Under the pieces are notes generated by a model, which saw only the letters and a program-made list of their open reading frames with translations, was not told the origin of the DNA and ran no database searches. A stretch of DNA of 64,000 nt from contig JAPDFW010000071.1 of the NCBI GenBank assembly GCA_028826165.1, positions 124,001 through 188,000 on the forward strand, in the 5' to 3' direction. Position numbers and translations under genes: made by a program. The first letter of the stretch is position 1. Every line of letters begins with the position of its first letter. Source of the DNA: Anaeramoeba ignava BMAN (taxonomy: Eukaryota > Protista > Anaeramoebae). This document shows, one piece after another, positions 25,878-40,149 of the stretch.

Positions 25878-26040
25878 TTTTATATTTAAAAAAAATTGAA
25901 AAATAAAAAAATGAAAAATCAAAAAAAAAAGCAAAAAAATTTTTTTCATTTTTCTTTTTCATTTTTTTCTTTGTTTTTTTTTTTGTTTAATTTCCCACAT
26001 AAAAAAAATTTTTTTAATTAAAAATAAAAAACACAAAATT
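25878..26040. promoter_or_regulatory. Putative bidirectional promoter with Inr-like motifs
   Basis: AAAATGAAAA, then TTTTCATTTT twice, between divergent ATGs. Confidence 0.6.
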
Positions 26041-29000
26041 ATGTCAAAACCAAATTTAACAAGATCACTTTCTTTAGCGAAAAAAATTTTAGCAAGAAGC
26101 CCAAGTCATACAAAAGTAACAAAATCAACATCAACACCAAATTATATATTAAGATATATAACTTCAGGTAAAAAATTCCATTAAAAAAAAAATAATTAAA
26201 AATAACGAAATTTGACAAGTGATTAAAAAAAATATTTAAAAACAAAATTTCTAAACAATTTACCACAAATTTGTTTATTTAATTTTAATTTAAATTTTAA
26301 TTTTAAATTTAATTTTAATTTTAATTTTGATTTTAATTTTATTTTAATTTTAATTTTAATTTTAATTTTAATTTTAATTTTAATTTTAATTTTAATTTTA
26401 ATTTTAATTTTAATTTTAATTTTAATTTTAATTTTAATTTTAATTTTAATTTTAATTTTAATTTTAATTTTAATTTTAATTTTAATTTTAATTTTAAATT
26501 TTAATTTTAATTTTAATTTTAATTTTAATTATAAATTTTTTAGATCAAAGAATTTATACAGGTCCAAATATAAACATAAATAAAGCAGTACCAAATATTA
26601 CTGACTCAGGAAAACAAGGACTTCCAGTTTATTTTGATTCTACAGGAAATTTTTATGATATTTATTTTCAAGAAGTTTCAGCAGATTTTTTTCAAAATTT
26701 AAAGAATCAAAAAAATTTAACAGAAAAGCAAAATTTATTAATAAAAAAAGGACCAAAATTCACTGATAAATTTCCAGATTTTCCTAAAACAGATGATTTT
26801 ACTTCATATAATGATTATGAACAAGCACTTCGTGAATGGAAATTAAGTGTGGAAACTATTGCTGGTTATTCTATTTTTCCAATAATTTTAGGAAGAGCTT
26901 ATTCACGTCCTCATTACTCAAAATCACAGGTATTTTTATATATAAAATTAAATATAAAATTATTTATAAAATTATTTATAAAATTATTTATTAAATTATT
27001 TATAAAACTATTTATAAAACTATTTATAAAATTATTTATAAAATTAAATATAAAATTATTTATAAAATTATTTATAAAATTAATTATAAAATTATTTATA
27101 AAACTATTTATTAAATTATTTATTAAATTAAATATAAAATTATTTATAAAATTATTTATAAAATTAATTATAAAATTAATTATAAAATTATTTATAAAAT
27201 TATTTATAAAATTAATTATAAAATTATTTATAAAATTATTTATAAAATTAAATATAAATTTATTATAAAATTAATTATAAAATTAATTATAAAATTAAAT
27301 ATAAAATTATTTATAAAATTAAATATAAAATTATTTATAAAATTATTTATAAAATTATTTATAAAATTATTTATAAAATTATTTATAAAATTATATATAA
27401 AATTATTTATAAAATTATTTATAAAATTAATTATAAAATTAAATATAAAATTATTTATTAAATTATTTATAAAATTATTTATAAAATTATTTATAAAATT
27501 ATTTATTAAATTATTTATAAAATTATTTATAAAATTAAATATAAAATTATTTATAAAATTATTTATAAAATTATATATAAAATTATTTATAAAATTAATT
27601 ATTAAATTATATATAAAATTAATTATAAATTTGTTTATAAAATTATTTATAAAATTAAATATTAAATTATATATAAAATTATTTATAAAATTAATTATAA
27701 AATTATTTATTAAATTAATTATAAAATTAAATATAAAATTAAAAAATTAATATTTTAGGATGAAAAAAGTTTTGGATTTTCTGAAAGAACTTCAATTGAA
27801 AGAAGATCTTCTTCTTATATTGATAAAAAATCAAATGTTGGTGATAATAGAATTAGTACTGAACATTCACATTCATCACTTGAAAAAATGACAATTCCTC
27901 AAGAATCATTAAATGGAAAAGAAGAGAAACAAGAAGAAAAGAAAGATCTTGAAGAAAATTCAAAAAATGTAAAATAAAATAAAATTTGAAAAATTTAATT
28001 GAAAAATAATTTAAATGTAAATGTAAATTTAAATTTAAAGATTGAAAAAGAAGAAACTCTTCCAGAATATATGGATGGTACAAGTGATTTAATTGTTAAA
28101 ACACTTTCATGGGATCATCAATTATATCCACCAGAACCTGATCCAACAAATTATCAAACTTTTAGAGGTTTGAACAAAAAAAATATTTAGATATAATTTA
28201 ATTGAAAAAAAAAATTTAATTGAAAAAAACTAAAAAGAATTTGAATTAAGTTATAAAAGATGGTCAAGAATTGTTTTAAAAACTGTTAAAGAAGTTCCAC
28301 CACATTCTTCACAATTTATTGATATGTATGGATTAATGACAGCAGATGAAAAAGAAGAAAAAGAAAGAGAAAGAAAAGCAGCAGAAAATGCAAGATTATT
28401 TAAGGTTTGAGAAAAAAAACAAAACAATTTTTTTCTTCTTTACTCATATAATTAATAAATTTTTTTTTCTCTCTCATTTCATGTTTAGGAAGAAATCCGT
28501 AAAAAAAAGAAGAAAAGAAAAATATTTGATATTCCTTTTCTCAGATGGAAATCAAAAATTGATAGAAGAATGCTTCAATATTCATCAACTTGTGATCCAA
28601 ATTCATATGAAACACTTTTATATTATTATTTCCATTCAGAATATGAACAGCAAATGGCACAAAAATATCAGAAAAAACAAGAAAAAACAGAAATTGAAAT
28701 GCGAAACCAAAAAGAAGAAGAAGAAAAGATGAAAAGCGATTCTGTGATGATGAGTTTTAGTTTATCACAAGAAGACAATAGAATGTCTAATCTTACATCT
28801 TTAAGTGATATGAGAATTGAAAAATTAGAACCTAAAGTTCAGCAATCTTTAACTCATTTTATATCAACAATTTATGATCGAAATCAATCCAATTTCAAAA
28901 AATATCATCAATTTACAAAACCTTTGATTGGAAAACTTCATTCTTCTTTTCCAAGAAATGAATTGGATGATGTTTCAAGACAATTATGGAGTAATAACAA

Positions 29001-31970
29001 TAGAAAATCCAAATCAGTTGATCATTCAATTTTTAATGGTTGGCTTCGAAATGAAGATTTGGAAAAAGTTCTTCTTGATGAATCAAAAGGGCTTCCTGAT
29101 GAAATTGATGTAAATAAATTCAAATTTAAAATAAAAATAAAAATTCAATTTTAAAATTCAATTCAAATTTAAAATTAAATTCAAAATTTCGTTTTTCTTT
29201 TTTCTTTTTGATTAATATAAAATAATTAATAGGGAAAAACTGTTATTTTTGCTGTTCCTAGATATAATATTTCAGAAAAGATTGATTTAAAACAATTAAA
29301 GAAAGATCCTATTTATTTAAAAGTCTTTAAGATATAAATGTCAAATTATTGATAAATTTAATAGACATGATAAATTTCAATCATGGAATTATCCAGAGAA
29401 AAAAACAAATGAAGTAAATCAAAATCAAAATCTAAATCAAAATCAAAATCAAAAAAAGAAAAAAAAAAGAAATATTAAAAAAATTCTTTTTCTTTTTGGT
29501 TTGAAATAATTTATTAGCTTCGTCAAAATGCTAAAGATTATATCAATTCTTTGATTCAAGATCCTAATGGATTTACTATTGAATCTCTACGTAAAGTTTT
29601 ATGTCATAATATGTTTCTTGATATTTTTACACATTTATTATCAGAATATACTTTTCATGAAAACAGAGAAAAACCTTATTCAGAAGTATTTTTATCACCT
29701 GTAAAATTAGATAATTATAGTCAATTATTATCTCTTTTTAGTGATTCTCGTTCTCCAATGATTCATGCAAAAGTAATAGCAAAATAAATTAAAATTAAAA
29801 TTTAAATTAAAATTAAAATTAAAATTAAAATTAAAATTAAAATTAAAATTAAAATTAAAATTAAAATTAAAATTAAAATTAAAATTAAAATTAAAATTAA
29901 AATAAAAATTAAAATTAAAATTAAAATTAAAATTAAAATTAAAATTAAAATCAAAATCAAAATTAAAATTAAAATTAATTTTGAAATTAATTTTAAAAGG
30001 TTTCTCAATTTGTTTCATCAATGCTTCAATCAAATTTTTCAAAATCTCTTCTTGAGAGAATTGTTCATGATCAAGATATTCAATCACTTTATAATATTGC
30101 TTATGCAATGAATTATTTTGAAGAAAACCCAACACATGTTTTTCCTCCTCTTCCAGAAATGAGACAAGTTTCATTACTTGTAAAGAACAAATTTTTTAAT
30201 CAAAAAAAAAAATTTTTAATCACAAAAATTTTTTTTAATCAAAAAAAAAGATGTTCAAAAAAGAATTTGAATCACTTGAAAAAAGTGTTTTCTTGCATTA
30301 TTATCTTACAATTATCCAGAAAATAATACAAAATGAAGGACAAGCATTTTTATTTGTGAATATTGTAACATCTATTGAAACTATGGTTAAGAATTTAAAA
30401 ACATCATTTGGAATGATTCTTCAATCTAATCCATCATTTTTCAAAACTGATATTTTCCGAGCAATATCATCACCATTTCCAATGCTTTCTACTTATTATT
30501 TGTTCATTTTGATATATCTTTTAAAAACGGATGATAAAGTTTTAATAGTAAATTTCATGTTAAAAAAAATTTTAATTAAATTTCATGTTAAAAAAATTTT
30601 TTTAGGATATAATTCAATCTAAAGATTCAGACATTTTGGGTTCATTAAGAAAATTAACAACTGAAAAATATAAGCATATAAGAATAGCATCACAATATAT
30701 TTGGGGAGTTTTCCAAAGATTTGAAAGATGGTGGATTTTTATTGTCCAAAAATATTCAAACAATATAGAAATGCTTTTATCAGATTTAACACCACCCAAA
30801 AGACCAATAAAAATGGAAGATGAAGATGAAGATGAAGATGAAAACGAAATACAAGAAATCCCACCTTTTATTGATTTACTTCATGATTTCATGATTTTTG
30901 TTTTCCAAAACTCGAAAATTGGACAAAGCACAACAATTATGATTGAATCACTATTTTTTGACTTGTTAAATCACTTGTCAAAACAAATGAAAGAAGATCC
31001 CAAAAACTTAGGATTATTTCTTATAGGAGATATTGTTTCCAAAATGGGAAAAGCTTTTTCAAGAATGAATTTGATAGAAAGTCAAACAAAAGAGACACGA
31101 TTAGCATTTGCAATAACGACAAAAAAACGGAAATTATATGTTAAATCGGAACATATAGAAAATATTATCCAGATGATAAATGATACACCTATGAATTTAT
31201 ATAGTTTGAAGTCATCACTTGTTTCTTTATTAAGAGACGTTATTCGAACAGAATCCGTTTTTGATGACATGAAATCAAAACCAGAGATTTTCTCCAAAAT
31301 CATAAATTTGTTCAGATATTCAAAGGATTTCGGACTTAGTTCTCAACTTTGGATGCTTGTTTATGAATGTTTATTATATCATTCAGGAATGTTTGAATAT
31401 CTTAAGAAATCAAAGCATTTAAAACCTATTATTGAATTGATTTCAACAAGTTCTGATGCTTCAATAACAATAACTGGTCTTCATTATTTGAGGAAAATAT
31501 TTATGATGGCAGAACGTGAATCAAAAAGAATTTCTAGTTCAAAACCTCCTACAAGACCACTTGAAAAGGATTCTTTCCGTTCAATCCAAAAAGATTTGAA
31601 ATTTTTTGTTGATTATTTCGCAAAAAATTCTTTGTTTGTTAGAATTCATATGATTTATATGAATACTTCAACTAAAAATGGGATTTTATTTGATGTAAAA
31701 AAATTTAAATTCAAAAAAAATTTAAATTCAAAAAAATTTAATTCAAAAAAATTTTTTTAGAATGTTGCTCAATTTTATAGTACAATAATTTCTCTTCCAA
31801 TTTGCTCAAAGATTGTTAAAGAATCAGTTAAAAAAGATAGTTATCGTCAAGGTATTTTAACAATGCATGATATGATTGCTGGAAATGATGAATCAAATAA
31901 ATCAAAATTAATTCTTAGAATTAAATCAAAAGAAGAGAAAAGATTAAAAAAATCAGAAAAGAAAAATTGA
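26041..31970 (+). CDS. Multi-exon scaffold protein, probably like Dictyostelium Sca1-complex ScaA
   Basis: ATG at 26041 and about ten GT-AG introns (e.g. 26168-26543, 26930-27758). It has repeated FPDFPKTDDFTSYNDYEQALREW and WDHQLYPPEPDPTNYQTFREFELSYKRW motifs and a helical C-terminal half. The gene is well supported; the family call is from recalled motif resemblance. Confidence 0.6.
26930..27758 (+). repeat. Intron filled with 12-bp (AAATTATTTATA)n satellite
   Basis: Visible array between CAG|GT and TAG. Confidence 0.9.
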
Positions 31971-32139
31971 TAATTCTTTTTTTAATTTACTTTAATTTGA
32001 TTTGCTTTTTTTTTTTTTTTTGCTTTTTTTTGAAATTTCCCAAAAAAAAAATTTTTTTTTTCCTTCTTCTTTTTTTTTTCTTTTTGATTAATTAAAAAAA
32101 AAAATTTAATTTAAATTTTAAATTTTAAATTTTAAATTT

Positions 32140-34731
32140 TTATTTAAAATGTTTTGATAATTCAACTAAACAAAGTGAAGCTAATTCTCTACAATTTTGA
32201 TTTGAATCTTGAACAATTTCAAATTCTAACCAATCTTTAAAATTTTCAAAAAATTGAAATGAAAAAGATTCCAAAAGTAAATCAGAAGAAATGAAAGAAA
32301 GAAGTAAATAAAGAGTATAAAGAAGATTAGATCTAACAAAAGATTCTTTATGATAACGAACAACAGTAAACAAATCAAATAAAGCTTTTGCCATTTCAAC
32401 CAAAATAGGATTAGACTTTCCTGCACAATCAATAAAAATACCAAAAGTTCCAATTAGTTTTCCTAATAATAATCCATCTTCACCTAATAAATGATAAGAA
32501 TTCTTTCGAGTGTCATATTTTTTGATTAGAGGAAAGAAAAACAATCCAATTTTTTTGGCAAATTGATTTATATATCCTTCATTTTGTGGTTTTTTCTGTC
32601 TTAAAGCCCATCCCCATTTTCTTGTTTTTTCTTCAATTAAATTAGGGAAAATTGTTTTGGGTTGTATTTCAAGATCAAGTGAAAATGGTTTGAGTTTATT
32701 TGGAGGTTGTTTTTTATTTTTTTGTTCTTGTGATTTTTCACCAGATGAAATTTCCATTGCGGCTGCAGATAAAATTTCTAAAACTTCAATTTTTTGGGCA
32801 ATATTTAAATTTTGAGAATAAAATTGTTCAGTTAAAAACGGAACAACAATATCTGTTGCACAAACAACAATTGCAACAAGAGAATTTGTTCTCAATTCCT
32901 CAAAATTCTCAATATATTGAACTTTCATAAGATGAAGAAGACAAGAGGTTAAAGGAACAGATAAATCATTCAAATCACCTGGTTTTTTTCTGATTAGTAT
33001 TTCACATCCTTTTAATCCTCCTTCAAGATTGTCTGGTTCATTTTCAACTGATGTTAACATATCCAAGCAATCTCGAAGATAAACTGGAATTTTCACTGAA
33101 TCAAGATCTGTTTCATCATCTTCAAGATTGTAAGGAACTAAATCGCTATCACTATCATTATCGTTATCACTTAAATCATCATCACTATTTGATTGGATAT
33201 TTGAAAAGAATAAAGCATCTGGATCATTTTCATTTTCATTTTCATTTTCATTTTGAATTTTTTTTAATTTTTGTTTTGGTTTTTTTTCTTCATCTTTTTT
33301 TTCTTCTTCATCTTTTTTTTCTTCTTCATCTTTTTTTTCTTCTTCATCTTTTTTTTCTTCTTCATCTTTTTTTTCTTCTTCATCTTTTGATTCATCTGTA
33401 AATTTTAATGGATTTTCTGGATTGATTATTTTGGAAAAAATTTCTGCTGTTTTCATTCCAAATTCTCTAATGTAACTTAACGGACTTTCCATATGATATT
33501 GAATTCCATTTAGCATATTCCCAAGAATTTTTGATTGGTTAACTTCCATTTTTGTCAATATTTCAATTCCGTTTTGGATGCATTTAGTCAAAAATTCATG
33601 TTGTTCTTTTGAACAAAATTTAATGAAATTTTTATTTGACCAACAAAAGGTAAGATTTTCAATAATTTGTACAAAATCAGGCTCAGATTTGAGAAGTGAT
33701 ATTAAATATCCTGCAATTTTTGGATTTGCAGAAATATTACAAGGGAGCTTATCAGCAAAAAATTGTTTAACAAGGGAATTTTTTTGCAATAAATCATTGA
33801 AAATTAGCAGCATATTTTGATCTTGATTTTTTTGAATATTCGATTCCTGATCCATTTTTCTCACAAATCCAATAAGAAATCCTTCAATACAATTATTAGG
33901 TATTTTTTCTACGATATTTTGTAAGTAAATAATCCATTCATTTTTGGATGAAAAATCATTTAATTTTGCTAAATTTGTTTTTAATTCTGGAAATAATATG
34001 TTGACAATTAAATCAGTATGATTTAATCGACTAATTTTGCCCATAAGCATTCCAAGAAAATTTGCTGCTTGACCATTTGCGAATTGATTTGTAACTAATA
34101 CATCAATTGAATCTATGATGATTTTTGAAATGGTATTGAAATAATTGTGGATATTAAAATAATTTTCATTTTCAATAAAAAATTGGTTTTGATCTTTGTT
34201 TGTTTTTGATTGCAAAATTCTGAGTTGTTTCATTACTCTTTCTGGAAGAGATCCTATAAATATGACTAATTGCTCCATATAAATAGAATTAATAATTTGA
34301 GGATCAGAATTTGCAATTTCAATAATAAGTTGAGACAAATAAGAATTTTCGGATAAAATGAATTGTTTTAAATAATCAATTAAATTGGAAAGTATAAAGA
34401 AATCAAACGACTTGGAAATATTTGAGACTAAAACAGGGAATAGATATGTTTTTGGAATGAATTTAAAAAAGACATTAAAAATTGAGTTTTTTTCTTCTTC
34501 CGAAAAACAAAAAATCCAATTTGGATAAATTTCTGTTAATAAATAACTATAAAATCCACTATAATTTTGTTTAAAAGAAGGATTATTAAGAAATTCAATT
34601 ATTTTTTCTTGTTCATTTCCTTTAAATTGAATTGAAATTATTTGATTTAAAATTGATTTAATTTGAGAAGGTTCTTTTGATTTTTGAAGAGAATCTTTAA
34701 AATTTATAAAAAATTCTTTAAAAGAAAACAT
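32140..34731 (-). CDS. TELO2: Tel2/TELO2, TTT complex PIKK co-chaperone, intronless
   Basis: LNGIQYHMESPLSYIREFGMKTAE, acidic linker D..DSDLVPYNLEDD, PVYLRDCLDML, FEELRTNSLVAIVV, LTEQFYSQNLNIAQKIEVL, NQFAKKIGLFFFPL, LLGED..LLGKLI.T. Confidence 0.93.
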   Translation of the reverse strand: MFSFKEFFINFKDSLQKSKEPSQIKSILNQIISIQFKGNEQEKIIEFLNNPSFKQNYSGFYSYLLTEIYPNWIFCFSEEEKNSIFNVFFKFIPKTYLFPVLVSNISKSFDFFILSNLIDYLKQFILSENSYLSQLIIEIANSDPQIINSIYMEQLVIFIGSLPERVMKQLRILQSKTNKDQNQFFIENENYFNIHNYFNTISKIIIDSIDVLVTNQFANGQAANFLGMLMGKISRLNHTDLIVNILFPELKTNLAKLNDFSSKNEWIIYLQNIVEKIPNNCIEGFLIGFVRKMDQESNIQKNQDQNMLLIFNDLLQKNSLVKQFFADKLPCNISANPKIAGYLISLLKSEPDFVQIIENLTFCWSNKNFIKFCSKEQHEFLTKCIQNGIEILTKMEVNQSKILGNMLNGIQYHMESPLSYIREFGMKTAEIFSKIINPENPLKFTDESKDEEEKKDEEEKKDEEEKKDEEEKKDEEEKKDEEKKPKQKLKKIQNENENENENDPDALFFSNIQSNSDDDLSDNDNDSDSDLVPYNLEDDETDLDSVKIPVYLRDCLDMLTSVENEPDNLEGGLKGCEILIRKKPGDLNDLSVPLTSCLLHLMKVQYIENFEELRTNSLVAIVVCATDIVVPFLTEQFYSQNLNIAQKIEVLEILSAAAMEISSGEKSQEQKNKKQPPNKLKPFSLDLEIQPKTIFPNLIEEKTRKWGWALRQKKPQNEGYINQFAKKIGLFFFPLIKKYDTRKNSYHLLGEDGLLLGKLIGTFGIFIDCAGKSNPILVEMAKALFDLFTVVRYHKESFVRSNLLYTLYLLLSFISSDLLLESFSFQFFENFKDWLEFEIVQDSNQNCRELASLCLVELSKHFK

Positions 34732-35010
34732 TCTATTTATGAAAAAATATATAAAAAATGAAAAATTAAAAAAATGAAAAAAATAAATTTTATTATTATT
34801 AGTAATTATTTTAAAAAATTATTTTTAATTTTTTTTTTATTTTTTTTTTAATTAAAAAAATTTTTTTTTCTTTTATTTTTTTTTTCATTTTTTTTTAATT
34901 TCTATTTGCTTTATTTTTTTATTTACTTTTTTTTTTTCTCTTTTTCTTTTTTCCTTATTTCTTTTATTTACTTTTTTTATAATTTAAAAAAAAAAACAAA
35001 CAAAATATTT
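34732..35010. promoter_or_regulatory. Putative bidirectional promoter with Inr-like motifs
   Basis: ATGAAAAA three times next to TELO2 and TTTTCATTTT toward the DENN gene. Confidence 0.6.
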
Positions 35011-38000
35011 ATGACAAAAATTTTTGAATATTTTTTTATTATTCAAATTAAAGAAAATTCAACTTCTTCAATAAAATCAGGATCACCAGAAAATAAAAAA
35101 TTATTAAATTTTACTCTTGAATATTCTTTTCCAGAAATTTATGATAAGAATTTATTACAACAAGTTGAACTTTTTTGTCATCCTGAATTTCAATCTTCTC
35201 AAAAATTTTCTGAACTTCAAGTGTTAATATTACAATTTCAAATTCATTTATAATTTCTAAATTCATTTATAATTTCTAAATTCAATTTCAAATTCAAATT
35301 CAAAATCAAATTCAATTTCAAAATCAATTTCAAAATCAATTTTAATTTCTAAATTCAAATTTCAAATTCAAATTCAAAATTAAATTTCAAATTCAAATTC
35401 AAATTCAAAATTCAATTTCATTTATAATTTCTAAATTCATTTATAATTTCTAAATTCAATTTCAAAATCAAATTCAAAATCAAATTCAATTTCAAAATCA
35501 AATTCAATTTCAAATTCAATTTCAATTTCAATTTCAAATTCAATTTCAAATTCAAATTCAAATTCATTTATAATTTCTAAATTCAAAATCAAATTCAATT
35601 TCAAATTCAAATTCAAATCAAAATCAAAATCAAATTCATTTATAATTTCTAAATTCAAATTCATTTATAATTTCTAAATTCAAAATCAAAATCAATTTCA
35701 AATTCAAATTCAAATTCAAAATCAATTTCAAATTCAAAATCAAATTCAATTTCAAATTATAATTTCAAAAATCAATTTCAAAATCAATTTCAATTTCAAA
35801 TTAAATTCAATTTCAATTTCAATTATAATTTCTAAATTCAAATTCAAAATTAAAAATCAAAATCAAATTCAATTTCAAATTCAAATTCAAATTCAAATTC
35901 AAATTAAAATTCAAATTCAAATTAAAAATCAAATCAAAATTAAAATTCAAATTCAAATTCAATTTCAAATTCAAATTCAAATTCAAAATTCAAAATCAAA
36001 ATTCAAATTCAATTTCAAAATCAAATTAAAATTCAATTTCAAAATTCAAAATTCAAATTCAATTTCAAATTCAAATTAAAATTCAAATTCAAATTAAAAT
36101 TCAATTTTAAATTCAATTCAAAATTAGAAATCCATTTTCTTTCGTTTTAACAAATATGGAAGGTGAAAGAAATTATGGTGTTTGTAAACGTTCTTTCTTA
36201 TTAAATAAAGAAACTTTAACATGTTTTGTTATGATTGGAAAACAGTAAAAAATTTAATCAAAAAAAGAAAGAAATTTTAATTAAAAAAAAAATAAATAAT
36301 TTTTTTATATAATTAGAGCTTTAATTTCATTATTCGGACATGTTGTTTCAACAATCCATTTATTAAGAAAAGTTGGAAATAATCCAATAGAACCATTTCT
36401 AAAAGAGTTTTATGCAGAACCAATTCCTTTTCCAGGACAAACTGTTAAATGTTTAATTCCTTCAACAAAAAAAGAATTCCATTTTAAAAGATCTTGTTCA
36501 CTTCTTGGCGATGTAAATGGAAAATTACAAAGAAAAAAATACTAGAAATTTAATTTCCATTTTGATTCTAATTTACACTTAAATTATTCCTTTTATTAAT
36601 ATTCATTTTTTTTAGTATCATTTGAAAACTTTATTTAATACTTTGGATTCAAAAAGAATCATTTGTTTATTTGCTTCTTTAGTTTTTGAAAGGAAAATTA
36701 TTTTCTCTTCTTCAAATTTACATCGACTTTCAAATTCTATTATTTCTTCAGCAGCTTTACTTCATCCTTTTAAATGGGAAGTAAGTTAAACAAAATTATA
36801 AAAAGAATAAGAAAAAATGCCAAAAAGATAAAAAGTATTTTTTTGACATTTTTTTTTCAACTTAAAATTCTTTTTTCTTTTTTCTTTTTCTTTTTATTTT
36901 TATTAGCATGTTTTTATTCCAATTTTACCAGAAAAATTTATTGATGCTGTTCGTGCTCCAGTTCCTTATATTTTAGGTGTTCACAGTAGTTTTATTCCTA
37001 AATTGGAAACAATGTCTTTAAGAGATCTTGTTTATGTTGATTTAGATGATAATAGAATTGAATTTGATCCTGAAGATATTAGCTTTATTCCTTCACATAG
37101 AGCAGCAAAATTAATTCGTGCACTTAAAAAGCATCGAGAAATGACGAAAAGTATTTGAATTTTTAATATTTAATTTTTAATATTTAATTTTTAATTTTTA
37201 ATTTATTTTTATTTTTAGAAATTGGAAATTTAGAAGCAGATTTAATTGTAGAAGAATTTTTATCTTTTTGGATTAAAATTTTTGGAGATTATTCTGATTA
37301 TTTAAAATATAATGAAGAAATACAAGAATATCAATTTTTTCTTCCAGATTTTTTATCAACAAGAAGAAAAAGAACACAAAAAGTGAACAAATTTTAATTT
37401 TGAATTTTTATTGAATTTTAATATTTAATATTTATTTTAATTTTAATTTTAATTTTAATTTTAATTTTGATTTGAATTTTAATATTTAATTTTAATTTTA
37501 ATATTAATTTTAATTTTAATTTTGAATTTTTATTGAATTTTAATTTAGTTTCTTCAAAGATTTACAAAAACTCAAATGTTTGAAGTTTGGGTTCAAGAAA
37601 AGGAAAAAAGAATGAAAAATCAAGAAGAAACTGGAAAAGATGATTTATTCGAATCAAGATTAATTGATTCACCTAATATTGATGAAAAAAATACAACAGG
37701 TGGGTTTTTTAGTGGATTTTTTTCTAAAATTAGTAAATCAAAAGAAGAGAAAAAAGATGATGAAAATGAGGAACAAAATTTCAATGAAGAAAATTCAAAA
37801 AAATCAATTAGTGAAAATGGAATTGATAATGAAAAACCAAAATTACCTCCAATTTTAAACCCAAAACCAGAAGCTTTGGTTCGAAAAGTGTTGGAAATGA
37901 AAGAAGCAAGAACAAGAGCACAATCTTTAACAGAATTATCAAAACTACAAAAATCAGAAAATGATATGGATATGAATCTTTTAGATCAAGAAAATGGAAT

Positions 38001-39987
38001 GACTCCAAATGATTTAAATCCACAAAATTCAAATAATTTAAAACCTCAACTTCCTCGAAAATTTTCAAATCAAAAAAAACCTCGATATTTTCAAAATCAA
38101 GATGGAATTGTTCATGCTCATGAATTTTTGACTAATTTAAAAGGAATCAAAACAAGAAATCGAACATTTTCTGTTGAAAAGAAAATTGAAAAAGATGAAA
38201 AGGGAGAAAAAAATGATGAATATTTACTTGATTTTATTAAATCAACTTATGAACCAAAAACTGAATTTAAATCATTTTCAGCTGCTTATTCAAAAAAAAT
38301 GTATTTTGAAAACTTACAAACAATTAATCAACAAGAAAAATCTAAATTATCGAAACCAATTTCAGTACAACCACAACCACAACCACAACAGGAAAAACAA
38401 CCACAACAACCACAACAACAACAACAGGAAAAACAAGAAAATCAATTTACCCAAAATCATTCCTCTTTTAAAAATGAATCTTTTTCTCAATCAAATGTTT
38501 CAGAATCTTTAAGCCAAAATTCTCCAAATATTTCTCGTAGAAATCATGTTAGAGATCATAGTTTACCTGTCATTTCAAAATTTCAAGATTTGCCAAAATA
38601 TGAACAAGAAGATAAAAAAGTGGAACAAAAATTATCAAAGTTAAATAATCAAAGATTTCCTGAAAAAAATAGGCAATCACCACAAAATCAAAATCAAAAT
38701 CAAAATCAAAATCAAAATCAAAATCAAAATCAAAATCAAAATCAAAATCAAAATCAAAATCAAAATCAAAATCAAAATCAAAATCAAAATCAAAATCAAA
38801 ATCAAAATCAAAATCAAAATCAAAATAGAAATCAAAATCAAAATAGAAATAGAAATAGAAATAGAAATAAAAATAGAAATCAATTTAAAAATCAAAATAG
38901 AAATAAAATTCAAAAAAGTACATCACCACAATTTAAACAAAGAAATCAAGAATTAAGACATACAATCCATCCTAAATTCCAATCAAATACATTAAATAGA
39001 AATGCTGTTAATCCTTATTTACAAAAATTCAATCAAACAAAAAATCAAAATTATGAATCAAAAAATGAATTTTCACAAAAAAAAATACAACAAAAAAGAT
39101 CACCAAGACCAACAAAAAGACCACAACAAGAATCACCTTCAAAACCATTACAAAAATCACCTCAAAACAAATATAAACCATTAAATAAAAATTATTCTTA
39201 TTCAGCAAACTCCAAAAATTCAAATCAATTTCCTCAACAAAATAAATTCCCACAAAATTCACAAACGTCTTCACCAAAAAATATTTCCACAAGAAAACTT
39301 TTTAATCAACAACCAATTAAAACGCAATCACTTCCACAAGACATCAGCAGGAATTCATTAACTTATCAATATTCAAATCAAAAACAAGAATTTTCACCAC
39401 CAACAAAATCAAAATTTTCAAATGATTCTGATCATCCTGAACATAAACCAATTCCACCACCAAAACCAACACAACAATCATCACAAGATTCACAAGCTCA
39501 ATCACAAGAAAAAAACATAAGAAATCAAAATAAAGAAACAACAAATACAGATAATTCCGCAATTCAATCAACAACTATAACTAAATTCCCTCTAAAATTC
39601 CCAAAACCAAAACCTAAAATCCAACAACAGTCATTTCCAAAACCAAAGCCAAAACCAAAACGAAATAATCAATCAAATAATATTCAAAATAATCAATCAA
39701 ATAATATTCAAAATAATCAAGAAAATTATATTCAAAATAATCAAGAAAATAATATTCAAAATAATCAAGAAAATTATATTCAAAATAATCAAGAAAATAA
39801 TATTCAAAATGATCAAGAAAATTTCCAAAAAAATTATATGGATTTACAAGTTCAAAATCAAGAACCAAATCATCCTATTGATTCATATTTTATAAATGAA
39901 AATCCTAAAAAACCAATTATTCAAAATCGATTTGCTTGGCCACAACCAAAAAAAAAAGAAAATTTTAAAAGAGATGATTTAAATTAA
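35011..39987 (+). CDS. DENN-domain Rab GEF with long disordered Q/N/P-rich tail
   Basis: IFEYFFII; VELFCHP; FSFVLTNMEGERNYGVCKRF; LVFERKIIFSSSNLHRLS..AALLHPFKWE|HVFIPILP..DAVRAPVPYILGVHSS; FTKTQMFEVW. Several GT-AG introns, the first at 35221-36127. Confidence 0.92.
35221..36127 (+). repeat. Intron filled with (AAATTC/AATTTC)n microsatellite
   Basis: Visible array between GT and TAG. Confidence 0.88.
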
Positions 39988-40149
39988 ATTAAAAAAACTT
40001 TCATTTTCAAATTTCTCATTTTCAAATTTTCTTTTAAAAAAAAAAAAACAAAAGAAAACAAAAAATTAATTGGTTTGTAATAAAAAAAGGAAAACAAAGC
40101 AAAAGCAAAAATTTAAATTAGGGAAAATTTTCTTTTTGGAAATTTAAAA

